Made by a program: the position numbers and the translations under genes. A stretch of 63,202 nucleotides of DNA, filler included, from Perkinsus olseni (taxonomy: Eukaryota), in NCBI GenBank assembly GCA_013115125.1. It is 15 parts of 15 records of this genome, joined end to end, with 100 filler letters (N's around TTAATTAATTAA, not from the genome) between each part and the next. Parts side by side here need not be neighbours in the genome. Positions count along the whole stretch, not along the records: positions 8,572 to 12,747 come from JABANN010001309.1; positions 12,848 to 16,995 come from JABANN010001310.1; positions 17,096 to 21,239 come from JABANN010001311.1; positions 21,340 to 25,477 come from JABANN010001312.1; 11 more parts are not named here. One strand, 5' to 3'. Below the pieces are notes generated by a model. That model searched no databases and was not told where the DNA came from. It saw nothing but the letters and a program-made list of their open reading frames with translations. Shown one piece after another: positions 11,601 to 23,602 of the stretch (the stretch's first letter is position 1; each line of letters starts with the position of its first letter).

Positions 11601-12747
11601 GATGATGTTACTGATGTGATGGATATCAAGTTGCCGAATTTCAAGTTGCCTACTATACTGACGATGAGTGTATTGCGGTCTACCGCGGCGAGGTTGTTCG
11701 ATCCTCTTGGATTGTGGGGTGAAGTGACACTTGAGCTTCGTCTGCTTCTACGTGGACTTCATAATGAGGGTTTTGGAGTACGACGCGGGGGTATTGTCAC
11801 TAAAGATACACTCACCGGTGAAGCTGAGGCGAAGGCTCGTTCTTGTATCAGGGATTGTGATGAATACCTTCGATCCAATCGCTATGTTCCTCCCCGGTAT
11901 GTAGATATGAGTGATATAGTCTGCTTTTGTGATGCTAGTGATGTGGCGATTGCTACTGATTGTCGCAGTCGTGATCAAGGGCAGAGAATAATGAGCCGAC
12001 TCAGCACTCATGCCGGTGGTACTATTCCACGCCGTGAGTTGGAGGCAATTAGAGTTGGGATTTTGGGCGTCCATCAGTTGTCGAGTGCTCTTGGCCCGCG
12101 AGTTCCTCTCCGTAGATGTGTGATTGTAAGTGATTCCCTTGTTTCTCTGTATCGTATTCGTCATGTACTTCTTTTTAAGGACAGTTCCAGGTCGAAACTT
12201 GATAAGATTGGTAAGCCAGAACAGCGTCGTTTGATCCACATTTATGATCTTGTTCGTTGCATTCTGACTGAAAATGAGGATCTCTGTTTGGACTTTCGTC
12301 ACATTTCCTCAGCCCAAAATTTGGCTGATCGGTTGACTCGCCCAAGCTCTCTGGTTGGTAATGACGATCGTGATTGGCAAGTGACTTCTGATGTCCTTAA
12401 TGGCGATTCGATGATGCACTTCGAAGTCTCATTGGATGATGTACACGATGATGGTTGTCGTTTCAATATTCAAGGTGATGACGTTGATGATTGCTGGGAG
12501 TCATGTTCGCCTACTTCTTTGCCTGCCTGTAATGTTGTCACTATTGATGAAAGTTCATCGTGGTTCTGTGAGTTCAAGAAAAGAGTTCAAGTGGCTCAAA
12601 GTGGAGACCCTGAGTGTGTTCATCTTGCTACGTTGTTGCGGGCTAACTCTTCATGTTCTCAGTCTCGGTTTTATCGTCTTGATGAAGAGACCGGTATGCT
12701 ATTGGTGCGAGAATTCAAGAATGATAATCCCGATTGCTGGGTTGCTA
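8682..12747 (+). CDS. gag-pol: LTR retrotransposon Gag-Pol polyprotein (Gag, RRM-like domain, protease, RT, RNase H), BEL/Pao-like; 3'-truncated by contig end
   Basis: Single uninterrupted ORF; protease LDSGA; RT RLCLDAR, DLSKAFWQV, RVPFG, YVDD; Pao-type LFDPLG, FCDAS, TIPRRELEA, SDS, NLAD. Confidence 0.93.
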
Positions 12748-15113
12748 NNNNNNNNNNNNNNNNNNNNNNNNNNNNNNNNNNNNNNNNNNNNTTAATTAAT
12801 TAANNNNNNNNNNNNNNNNNNNNNNNNNNNNNNNNNNNNNNNNNNNNCCATCTGCTTCCTACGGGCTAAGAAGCACTCCTTTAAGAATGCTTCATGAGGC
12901 AAAAATCACCCGATAAACCCCTAAAGAAGCTCAAGAAGCTTTAACTTGTTTCAAAAGACGATTTTTATCGAGCCTTGCAGCTTAAGAAGCTTAACCTCCT
13001 CAAGAGGAGGTTATGGGGGGATTTTTCGACCTCCGAGCCGAAATTTCGACATCGCGACGCTCTTCGCCACGCTCCCGACTTAGCAATGATTCAATATCCA
13101 CTTAAACTTGCTTCCTCCTTCAACCTTAAACCTTCTTTCCCAGTTCAATGAAGTTCAACGCCTCAATAAATTCACGCGGTTTCCAACGCGGGTTCAATTC
13201 CTAGCCAGGACACCTATTTTTTGATGAATTTTATGGCTTGAGAAGCTCAATAAGGCTTCTTAAGGTATAAGAAGTCAGCCTTAGAGAAGGAAAATCTTTT
13301 GAAACAGGCTGTGCTTCTTGAACAATTTCTTATAAGAGGTTCTTATACTTCAAGAAGTGCCTCTTTGAGGAGACTTTTGAAATAGGCCCCAGTTCTCCTC
13401 TTATTGATTGTTGCTCTAAATTCAAGACCTTAGTTTGCTCGAGACTCGAGTCATAAACCAAGTTAGAGAGCGCATCAGCTCCCCCGAAGACTGATGATAA
13501 CATTGGGCATTGTTGTTCATTGATATCGTTGAGAAGCATCGGCTAAGCCTCGTCCAAGAGTGTCAGACTGAGACTACTACAGCGACCCCCCCTAGTCCCC
13601 CTTCACCAGGTCCGATGACGCTCTCCCTTCAATGACGTTTACGAGGCCCCAACCGTAGACACTGGACCTCGAACTCCTCCGCCTAGCCTACCTTCATCGC
13701 AATCAGAAAGTGGTCGTTGGAGACCGTCATATTGAACAAGATCTCTTAACAAGAATCGTTCACAGTGGTTACGATGGAGGTTCAAGTTCGGTGGTTCGGT
13801 GGTTCAAGTTGGAACTGCGTAGGGCGGTCTGAGCTCCGAGAGAATACTCATCCCAGTTCTGTTGAAGTTGTTAGTAGAGCCCCGTGCATATGGAAAAGTG
13901 ATCAGTCTTTTAACGAGTTAGCTATTCTCGTTGTGGCCCCTCTTCATATATCGGCTCTTTCAACTGGAAGGCTTCCAGCCTATCGTGTTCGTCAATCGTA
14001 GTCTGGCTCTTATATCGTTAGTGCTCGGTCGACTCTCCTAGCGAACTCACCATCGTTGTTTTACCAGATGTTGAGTCGAAAAATCGACCCTAGAAGCTAC
14101 GACGTTTGTATTTGTGTGTCACGAAAGTTACCAGTATACAGTATGCCGAGAGACCGAAGGGTCTTCAGCTGTGGTGAATCGAACTTTCATCGCCAGGCAT
14201 CTGTTCTGACGCCCATTGACATTGTATTATACATGGCTTTGAAAACGTGTCAGTGTTAGCTGCGTAGCTACTAGCTAGACGCTGTGTAAGTCTGTAAAAG
14301 ACTGAATATTAAGTAAGAGCTTCTTACTAAGAAGATTATCCTGTGGTGTTCTCTGGGTTATTATCCGTGTATTCCTCTGAGGTATTTATTGCTCTTTGGA
14401 TACGATCGGGTTTAAATTGTGTACATCACTCGGTTATTGATAAGGATCATCGGTCACAAGAACTGGTTATTGTGTTGATTAGTCATGGTTACTGATAATG
14501 GGCGTAGCTCTGAGTCACCCGCAGATGGGACTCGAACTGTCAACAATAACACAGTGCGTGCTTCCGGCTCCCAACACAGGGACCAGAGTGGAATCGGAGC
14601 AGCAAGCTTTGCGCCCCCAGCTTGAGCTAGAGCATCCACGAGCAGGGAAAAACATCGAAGCAAGTGAAACATTACTAGCGGATGGTAGTAACGCTCGGCC
14701 CAGCCCTCCGCTTCCTGGACATGGAGGTAACCTACTGGTTACGCATCCACTATTCACGCTCTCTATCTCTGCTCTATGGAAATTTCGGGATTTGTGCTCG
14801 TCACCTAGACGGCTCTTGCTCCAAGATGATGATGGCTCGGCCGGAATTAGCTCGCCCACTGCGGCGGGCGACACCTCCCTCCTTCGTGCAGTATCTTCCC
14901 CCTACTATGCACAGGTTCGGCCTCAGCCGAGATGGCCTTTCCAGCAAAAGCAAACACCAGCCTCGATGATGCTCTCACTCACCGTAGAAGTTGATCACCC
15001 CAATGTCCCCTCGTCACTTTATCGTTGGAGTTTTGCCTGCCATTGCTTCGCTTTCGAGTCAACTTTTAGGTTAAGCGAACGGAGGGATTGCCCCCCGCTA
15101 TTTCTATTATGTA

Positions 15114-15744
15114 AGACGGATCGGCAAATGGAATTCATCGCGCTGCATGTCCTCATACCCTCAGCCCTACCCACCGTCCCAAAATTTCTCACTCTTCTCC
15201 TCTAAAGAGTTCGCCTTCCCGAAAGACCACGATTACAATGTCACGAAGTGTTTCTACTTTGATAAAACAAGGGACACTAAAGTGGGCATTTACGTCGGAG
15301 CCAAGAACGTCTACTCATCCTACATCGGGTGCCCCGAGACTAACGTCTGGAATGCTTTTTACGGATCGTAGGCCATTCACAACGTGGAGTAGATGCAGCG
15401 TTGGAAGGTCGCTGCCCATACTTTAGAATCTAAAGTTTAGATACACTCCTGGGCGAGAGCTTGTCAGCTTTAATCTCAAGAAAAGCTTCTACAGTCGGAA
15501 TAGCCGCCCACGTGATTGTGACATCTCTCTCTGGGACCCGACCAGGGGTTTGAACCAGTCCCCATTCCTCAAGGAGAAAAACAGATTGTACTCTGTTGTT
15601 GATAGAGGGGAAGACGAGGTTAGCCAGTACAGAGAAGAACTCTGCTCGGCTGTGATTAGGGCCGTCGAGGAACAAATGGGTCCTTTCATCAGTTTATGTG
15701 ATAAGTACTATCACCTCTTGAAGTATATCAGATATTGGGAATGA
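15114..15744 (+). CDS. Probable multi-exon or degraded hypothetical protein gene
   Basis: Consecutive protein-like segments (KCFYFDKTRDTKVGIYVG...; RAVEEQMGPFISLCDKYY) in shifting frames; no domain recognised. Confidence 0.3.
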
Positions 15745-15992
15745 CGAGAAAGAGAAACGCCCTCATTATTTACAAAGCGAGTGAACGAGAGTTCTGATTG
15801 GTTACTAGTGTGATGTTACATCACTGATGTATCCTGATCGGTACTCAGTCGATTGCCGATATTTCCGAATTTCCAAAGCGCTGGAAGAATATGCTGTAGT
15901 TGTTATTGATGATGATGACGATGACGATGCTGGAGTTGTCGTGTCGAGCCACACAGATGTTGTGTTAAAGTCGTAAGGAGTTGTCGGTACCT

Positions 15993-16995
15993 TGTAGTTG
16001 TGCAAGTGCACAACTATGGCTCCTAAGCCTAGCCTGACGCTAGTTGATGACTTTATCAGTGTTATTATTGGCAGAATCTCAGGATTCCACTTAACCATTG
16101 ACTTGAGTTCCCTAATGGTCAACATGGTGGAGAACCCGTCGCCCGCTTCCTCGATGAACTCTATCGGTTTGCAGATTGCCCAAGCTTTTGGTGTAGAGAA
16201 CGAGAAAGTTTACCTTTTACGATATGTTACTGATGAAGAATTTGCTGAGAAGTGCGAAGAGATGCTCACTGATGAGAAGATGACTGAAGCTGATATACTA
16301 GCTTGGTGCGATTATATGGAGAGTATTGAAGATAATCGACCCCAATTGTATCGTTCTACCCACGTTTCCATCAAGGATGTGCGCGATAAGATGGGCTCCC
16401 AAGAAAGACCTGCTGGTGACGCTACTACTAATACTACTACAGTTGCTGCTGCTCCTACTATTTTGGGTTCGACTCCGTTAACTGCGACAATTGACGGCAA
16501 GATCGACTCCAAACAGGTTATCTCTACTGCCAAGTACTGTAGTGCCGATGTGTCCGAGGATAGTACACTTAGAGTGCCCCGGTTGTCTGATTTCTTTGTT
16601 GAAGTCGGCACTGTATGCTCGAGCAGTATTATGATGTCGGATGTGGAGACTGCTTTGATCGCCGTTGATTCATTTTTTAAAGTATGCCACTGTAGGGATA
16701 AGCTGTCGTTGACGTCTGTGTCTCGCTTTTACTGTCTCCGTTCTGATAGTACTGCCATGCTGAAAGGTGTTAAGCAAAGTGAGTCTTCTATAAGCGGTTA
16801 TAATTCTTCTAGCGGCTTCTATCGATTGTATCGAAGCGTTTTTTACTTTTTGAAGCGAAAGAAACGTCCTAAGATGTTACTATTACTTTCTCTGCCTGCT
16901 TTCGTCTCTTAGGGGAAGGAGATGTAGTTGTGCAAGTGCACAACTATGGCTCCTAAGCCTAGCCTGACGCTAGTTGATGACTTTATCAGTGTTAT
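15993..16995 (+). mobile_element. Small internally deleted LTR retroelement: 5' LTR 15993-16124, PBS 16125-16138, gag remnant, PPT ~16911-16922, 3' LTR from 16923 to contig end
   Basis: Identical 73-nt direct repeat starting TGT at 15993 and 16923; LTR ends CA then TGGTGGAGAACCCG (tRNA-Ala-type 3' complement); aggggaaggaga before the second LTR. Confidence 0.85.
16124..16912 (+). CDS. Truncated Gag-like protein of the small LTR element
   Basis: ORF starting MVENPSP between PBS and PPT; Gag identity inferred from position. Confidence 0.55.
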   Translation: MVENPSPASSMNSIGLQIAQAFGVENEKVYLLRYVTDEEFAEKCEEMLTDEKMTEADILAWCDYMESIEDNRPQLYRSTHVSIKDVRDKMGSQERPAGDATTNTTTVAAAPTILGSTPLTATIDGKIDSKQVISTAKYCSADVSEDSTLRVPRLSDFFVEVGTVCSSSIMMSDVETALIAVDSFFKVCHCRDKLSLTSVSRFYCLRSDSTAMLKGVKQSESSISGYNSSSGFYRLYRSVFYFLKRKKRPKMLLLLSLPAFVS

Positions 16996-17101
16996 NNNNN
17001 NNNNNNNNNNNNNNNNNNNNNNNNNNNNNNNNNNNNNNNTTAATTAATTAANNNNNNNNNNNNNNNNNNNNNNNNNNNNNNNNNNNNNNNNNNNNCGTCT
17101 A

Positions 17102-17900
17102 GTGGTATCATGGTTGGCGCGAGCAGTCCATGTCCACAACTCTATCTCTCATTCGGTCAGTCATCGCAGTCCCGCTTCTCTCTTCTTCGGTAATTCATTG
17201 CTATGGAATTCGGTTAACGAAGCCAAGCAGAAGGATGTTCTCAACAACAATGATAAGCTTAACAGGTTAACTCTCTCTGTTGGTGACATGGTGTTGGAGA
17301 AGGTTAAGTACTCTGCCTTTCCACAAACAACTCCACTCTTTGGAGCCAAGCGTTTCGTGGTATCGAAGATACTCTCTCCATCACGGATAGAGATCATTTC
17401 CCTCGACGCGAACAACGAAGCTAAGGTTGTTCATCCGTCTCAAGTTCGTCTACTCCCCCCAAGTGCAGATATAGATGATGATGATGATACGGTAGCAAGA
17501 AAGAAGACTAATAAGAGCTGTAATACTATTGATGTTCCTTGTTATCAGTATGATCTCAATGATGATACTATATCTGACCACCATTCATCTTCTAGTTCAG
17601 ACTCTTCTATGGTTGAGAGTATGAGCTTTACCAGTCTCGATAGTATAGAAGATGAACCCCCCCACTCTCCGTCGTTCGTCCCGTATTCCAAAGCCAGTCG
17701 TTAGATTAGATCCGTCTAATTATCCCTGATTTTTTGAGAGGGGGGCATGTAAAGGGGACAATTATTGTGTACCACTAAGATCTGCTTTATCGATCATTCA
17801 GCGTAGCGTAGCTATGTAACACTATTGATCCGTCTAGGATTAGATAAGTACATCACTTCCTACCAGACCACCAAGGTTGAGTTGGCTCCAATCTACAACA
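17102..17900 (+). mobile_element. 3' end of an LTR retrotransposon: integrase C-terminus (17102-17704), PPT (17736-17745), 3' LTR from 17748 (end ~17900 tentative)
   Basis: W...A...HNS..H....SPA.LFFG and LSVGDMVL integrase-tail motifs; gagagggggg then TGTAAA. Confidence 0.8.
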
Positions 17901-18368
17901 TGATAGATGCAAGGCCGAGTTAAAGAAAGCGCTGTCGAGCTTGGTGGAAGCGCTTCTCGTCGGACTCTTTCAGGGATGATCAAGAGTGCGAAACGTTGCA
18001 TGAAGAGGCCAGCCTGCTGCCGGCGTTGCGTTGTTGACTCGTTTAGGAGCCATAGCCTAGGAATACAGTGTACTGACCATAGCCATGGCGGACTGACCAC
18101 GGTCGCTGTTCAAAATAGTTCAAAAATACACGAGCAGTCCAACTTTCACTCGTAAAAGCTTCGTACTAACGGAGAAAGCTCACTTTTTGCGAATTGCATA
18201 TCAAAAGCGAACGCACTGTAGACTACTGTCGGTGGAATACACTGGACGCTCGAAAGGCCACTAAGGCCTACGCCATGATGATCGATACACTTTGGGCAAG
18301 TGGGCCTGGACTGGGCGTTGTCGATTAGTCCACTCTGCTGTTTTCTCAGTGAGAAATAACCACCGGCG

Positions 18369-19269
18369 GTGGTTATTGATTTCGGTAAAAACCCCACTAC
18401 TGGTCGTTCAGTGATGATGAGATGTTCTCGATTGGCCTTTGGCCTTTCAATAAGGCCAGCAGGCTTGGAGTCCTCTCTCGATAGATTATTCGAAATCTTA
18501 AGATCATTTCATCCTTCTGTTACTTGCATTCGTATCATGGATGACATAGTAGCTATAGGATTATCTGACGACCTAGTTAAGTTCGAGAAGGATTTACTAT
18601 ACATTCTTGACCTTTGCGGCTTTGATGTGCCACCCAATAAGATGAACTTATGGAGTGGTGATTCGTGGTCTCGTTGGCTTGGCCGTGATTGGATATGGAA
18701 CGGCTCTCAGCTACTGGTAAAAGTTCCCAACATCGACTACAAGCCCATCGCAACCAAACGTCAAGCCTTCTCAAGGGCTGGTAAATATCTGCGGTTGTGC
18801 GAGTCAGTTCCTGAAGTACAAGCACGAGGTCATGCCGACATAGTCCGTACACTATCAGGTCAAGAAGCTGAAGACTGGGATGTACCTTTGTCTACCTCCA
18901 CCACAAGGTGAATCAACATCTAGAGGCAGCCGCCACCGCATGGAACTTCATCCCACGGTGGGATTCCCACCTGAGGTTCCACTCTATTCATCAACTGAGA
19001 AGATGTTAATATCTCATGATGCCTCGAAGGATGCTTATGCTTCCGTACGTTATGACTGCACTTATTGTCAAACTATTGTGTTAGGAGCTCAATCTCACCT
19101 CTTTCCTAACACAGCTATCGCTTGGCATGCGAATAGACGGGAGCTTTATTGCATTGCATCTTCTTTGATGTCTTTACTACATTTATTGGACAATGGTTAC
19201 TATCCCGTCTTATCGCAGTTAACTATCATCATGATAGTGTGGATGAATGACAATTATCGCATATCCTGA
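18369..19269 (+). pseudogene. pol: Degraded RT-RNase H fragment of another LTR element
   Basis: RLAFGL, RIMDD, WLG, SHDASKDAY, WHANRRELY; frame change near 18900. Confidence 0.8.
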
Positions 19270-19418
19270 ATCGCTTCGCTCCGCTCTCAAGAGCGCAGTT
19301 TCATAGTCGTTTTACTTCTCAAAGATACTCCTCTCCTGGAGAGGCAAGGATCGCCGACGACGTCGGCGATCTCAAGGATATCGTTGATCCAACGGCGGAG
19401 GCCAGCAAAAGCGCAGTC

Positions 19419-21206
19419 TTGAACAGAGCCGTATCCATGAAGCTACACAAGTCTGGTGGCTGCAGCGGTATTTGGGATGTCGATTTTGACTTACTCCTGA
19501 AGGCCACCTCCGTACAAACCAACAATGCATGCAACGACTTCCCACTTGATTTGGTGTCCGGGCTCCACATTTCCAAGCTGATTCTCTCCATGATCGAAGC
19601 ATGGGAGCAACTAAGGGAAACTGATCACGGACTGAGTCGTGAAGAGGTATGCGACATCGAGGAGGCCATCAACCTCGTATCATCGAGCTATCCAGCTCGC
19701 CTTCGGAATGGTTCGAAGTTTGATGCTCCCAAAAGCCTACGAGGCCTGAAACCGAAGGATGCTTTCGATTTGGTCCTCCTGGCTCAGTCGATGGCCAGCG
19801 GTTCAAGAGAGGCTAATGTGATACCTAAGACGGCTGCTCAGACGCTGAATGGCTTCGTGGAAATCTTCGATAAGCTGCCGAGAGAGCAACGCAACGTCAC
19901 TAGTCTTCTAGAGACGTTCAAGCGTCTTACCGGTAACTTCGGGGTTGACAAGACTAACATTCAGTACTTGAAGGCCATACTAGATCCATCGAAGGGACAC
20001 GTGAGCAGGCGAGTTCTGGACGAAATCCTCGTGCACGAATCGCGGCTGAAGCTATTCGAGAAGAAGAGCAATTTGCTATCGACCTCTTTCTCATGGCCTG
20101 TTCTGGGTGTGATTTTCCGTCATAACTGGTTCAGGAGCCTCAACAGCAAGGAGTTTGACTTGAATCAGAAAGGTATCGGTATGATAACCTACGTTAACAG
20201 CTTCTTCGAGCCGGGAAACCCTGCGGGAATGGATGGCCATCGTATGATAGGAGAAGAATCCCTTCTGAGGGATGATGACGGAAGGCCCTACGATTATGAC
20301 AGCCTGAGGGAAGAGATGCTGAGCGTGCTAGTGGAGGCCATCGCAAAGTCCAGCGCTGCAAGGAGTAGCCGCCAACAGAAGATGGTTAATCGCCGAGATG
20401 TCCTTCACATGAAGTTCACTGTCGTGGTCTGGTACATCTTCAAAGCTCACCCGTCTTACTACGAGGCCGCGGAGAAAATTCCGTCTGCGAGTGCTATCAG
20501 TCTTCATCGCTCTTACTTTTCTAGAGCGTCGGCTGTCGATGTAGTCTTCAGTACTTTCGCCCCTTCCTTCGCCGAAGGCCTCCAGTGCGATGCTTGTAAC
20601 AGTCCAACCTTCGAAGGACTGAATCCTAGCGAGGTGATGATGGCGCCAAAAAATGTCATGAGGGCTATTGCTACTTTGAAAGACGAAGAGCAACGTAAGA
20701 AGGAGAAACTACAAGAAGAAGAGGAAGATGCTCAGCGGAGAATCAAGTTGGCCAAGATCGAGGAGGCCGAGCGGCAGCGTCAGGCAGCGGATAAGGAGCT
20801 GGAGAAGATGCGCTTGGAGCAAACCAATCTCAATCTCAGTAGGTTTGCTCTCATACAGAAGCAAGCCGTCAGGTTAGCTACCGAGGCTTTACGCGAGAGT
20901 CAGAAGAAGTGTATGGCCTACAAGTCCCAAGTCGAGAGTGATCTCACGGACGCGTCAAATGAGATGCTCGACACCAGAGTGTTGATCTTGGACTACACCG
21001 GTTCAAACACAAAGCACAATGAAGGCCCTACAGCGTCTACGGGAGTCTCTCTGCAAGCGAGCTGCGCTAGCACGCCTATGACGTTACTGAGCGGCGGCTG
21101 GGTAGAGAAGGCCGCACCGTACATGAGAGCCGTGCTACAAGGAAGGCCACCTGATGTCATCTATATCGACCTAGCAACACTCGCAGCTGAGCTGCTAGAA
21201 GTGTAA
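19419..21206 (+). CDS. 595-aa hypothetical protein with a coiled-coil region; C-terminus replaced by an inserted repeat at 21171
   Basis: Long ORF with an E/K/R/Q-rich helical stretch; final residues LATLAAELLEV come from the repeat also seen at 47270-47338 and 50633-50702. Confidence 0.7.
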   Translation: MNRAVSMKLHKSGGCSGIWDVDFDLLLKATSVQTNNACNDFPLDLVSGLHISKLILSMIEAWEQLRETDHGLSREEVCDIEEAINLVSSSYPARLRNGSKFDAPKSLRGLKPKDAFDLVLLAQSMASGSREANVIPKTAAQTLNGFVEIFDKLPREQRNVTSLLETFKRLTGNFGVDKTNIQYLKAILDPSKGHVSRRVLDEILVHESRLKLFEKKSNLLSTSFSWPVLGVIFRHNWFRSLNSKEFDLNQKGIGMITYVNSFFEPGNPAGMDGHRMIGEESLLRDDDGRPYDYDSLREEMLSVLVEAIAKSSAARSSRQQKMVNRRDVLHMKFTVVVWYIFKAHPSYYEAAEKIPSASAISLHRSYFSRASAVDVVFSTFAPSFAEGLQCDACNSPTFEGLNPSEVMMAPKNVMRAIATLKDEEQRKKEKLQEEEEDAQRRIKLAKIEEAERQRQAADKELEKMRLEQTNLNLSRFALIQKQAVRLATEALRESQKKCMAYKSQVESDLTDASNEMLDTRVLILDYTGSNTKHNEGPTASTGVSLQASCASTPMTLLSGGWVEKAAPYMRAVLQGRPPDVIYIDLATLAAELLEV

Positions 21207-21239
21207 CACAAGATCCGGAGATATTGGGCTGCGATGGAG
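21171..21239 (-). mobile_element. Terminus of an unclassified mobile element (hairpin + CTAG), copy A
   Basis: Identical over 69 nt to 50633-50701; diverged copy at ~47270-47338. Confidence 0.8.
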
Positions 21240-21349
21240 NNNNNNNNNNNNNNNNNNNNNNNNNNNNNNNNNNNNNNNNNNNNTTAATTAATTAANNNNN
21301 NNNNNNNNNNNNNNNNNNNNNNNNNNNNNNNNNNNNNNNTTTCTCCTTC

Positions 21350-21400
21350 TTTAGATTTTCGCCCTCTTGCTTAGATTTTCGCCCTTTCGCTTAGATTTTC
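21350..21400 (+). repeat. 20-bp tandem repeat (ttagattttcgccct...), ~2.5 copies
   Basis: Direct reading. Confidence 0.8.
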
Positions 21401-23602
21401 ACCGTCTACCTGGGGATACTCTGATTCCGTTTCGAATGCTAATTCTACAGCAAGGGTGCATTATAATCTAGTCGATTCTACTGATCCTTGGGATCTGAGT
21501 CTTATATAGGAGCCCGGGTGTGTGTGAGTTTATAGTCCGATGCCTATTCCGGGGAAAAATGTTGAAGGCAACACTTTTGTTCACGATGTCAAAACTTTTT
21601 TAGCCCGTGCCTCTTTTTTGTACCTCTTGCCCCAAATTTGTTCTCCCGCTGACAAATTTAGGGCGCCCGAAAAAAAATCCTATTCCGGCTTAGGAACCCC
21701 GGGGATCCGAGCCCCGACTGAGCCGAAATTTCGAATGCCCACCTCAGATTCTAAGATCACATCGCTTGCCACCATGGTATTATTCCACCAGTCAAATCTA
21801 TATATAAACATTATACACCTACACACTGTATTATACAATGTGTGCTACACATTGTGATCTAAGCTAGATCTTAGATCAGCAGATCAAGACTATGGATAGA
21901 TGTAGATCAATGATCTACATCTATCTAGACTCTAGATTCTAGAGTCTTGGACACACATCACAATCTGGATCACTTCGAATAAGCGTTCGTATCTACAATG
22001 CTGAATAATGCAGTAGAATGGTATGATACCCCTGGTATCAATGTTCCCGCAACATGGTGCGACTGTAAACTGTTATTAGAAAACATTCAATTGCCTCTGG
22101 CCCCTCTGGAGGCGTTTGAGAGATCAAACCTTGAATTGCAAGCTGCAGTGTGCCAAGCAGTGTGCCCGTCGTCGCAGCGCTGCAAATTGCAGCGCAAATT
22201 CAATCTTTCAATGCAACGCAGCAGGGAACCAATTCCATGGGCTCTCAGAAGCGTTGGATGCTGTCGATATAGTTTACTCCCACCAGACTTCCAAATTCGA
22301 ACTTCATCAGCCACTGAGGTGGCGTCATTTGCCTCCAAAAACCATTTTTCGACATTTTTTGGAAAGTTTCGGAAATTTCGAGAAAATTTCCTAGAAAGTT
22401 TCCGGGAAATTTTCCGCCGTTTTCGGGGCGTGTTTTCGGACACCCTGGTCGATTTTATAAGCCAATTGGATCACCGTTCAGCAGAGTTGCAGGTGAGCTT
22501 GTGAGTCACAAGTTGTGATCGCCTCCGATCACAGTCGAACCCGTCCGAGTCCTATTCCCACCTAGGACTGGCGTTCTGTGAATCGCGCCGTTGGCGGCGT
22601 TCAAGTCGAGCCTGCTCAGAGGAACCTATGCCTTTCTTCAGTGGTCCGCCCTTGCGCATTACCTGCTGCATATGTGGAGTCGGATAACTCAACATACGGT
22701 TGGTCCCAGGCTTTGAATTATTCATACGCAGTTCGTGATTAATACTGTTCAATTGACTAAACGCAGTAGCATCGTATGCGAGGGAGATGTATTAAATACG
22801 GAACCGTCGGAAAGCACTGCGACCTAAGTCCAGCTCGGCCCCAGCAAAATGTGCGCACCACTAAGACCTGCGACGTTACTCCACTGAGTCAATGACACTG
22901 ACGTAAACGAATAAGGACCTAAGCCTGGGACGTTCATAAAGAATATCTGGTCGATAATGATGATTGAGGGAATATTACATCATGAGGCACAGCAATTCGT
23001 GACGACAGAATTTCTCAGTGGAAATTTCATTCAAGAACCACCTTTGGACAACAGGGTCATTCCAACAGGGCCAGATACACTGATGGAAAAGCTCAGAAAC
23101 ATCCGCGATAGATGCTGCTGGGGCGAGTGAAACTCTCATCGGCAATGGCAGCCGTGGACGTCGCAATGACATTGATAAGGGCACTCCTCGCATCCGCCAA
23201 AATCGAAGTTGAAAGTGTCCAAGACGGCCTCGTCTTTGATACCCAAGATGGCAACAAGGGTAGCAGCGAGTATCAGGATAGGGGAACGCATTGATGGAAA
23301 AGGTAGGAGTTGTTGTTACTCTGAAGTAAGTATGTGGTGAGCGCCGTTATCGTGATACCAGAAGGAGTGAGGCTGAGGTACAACAGACTTGCGACCGTGC
23401 TCGAGGGATGAAGAAACTGATCTCATTCGTTGCGGGGAACCAATATTTACAATACTATTGTAACAATAGCGTGACGAGGAACGCACAAGACTGCGAAGAC
23501 GATTGGACACACAAGAGAGCAGAAGCACACAGGGAGCGAGAGTATGTGGCAACCTTCGTCCAAGGTCCTTGGGACTGATGGTAGTGCCATCATGGTACAC
23601 AG

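Noticed and set aside
12747-17704. Joining the 8682 gag-pol to the integrase at 17102 as one element
   Set aside because: Different contigs ordered only by size; no linkage evidence
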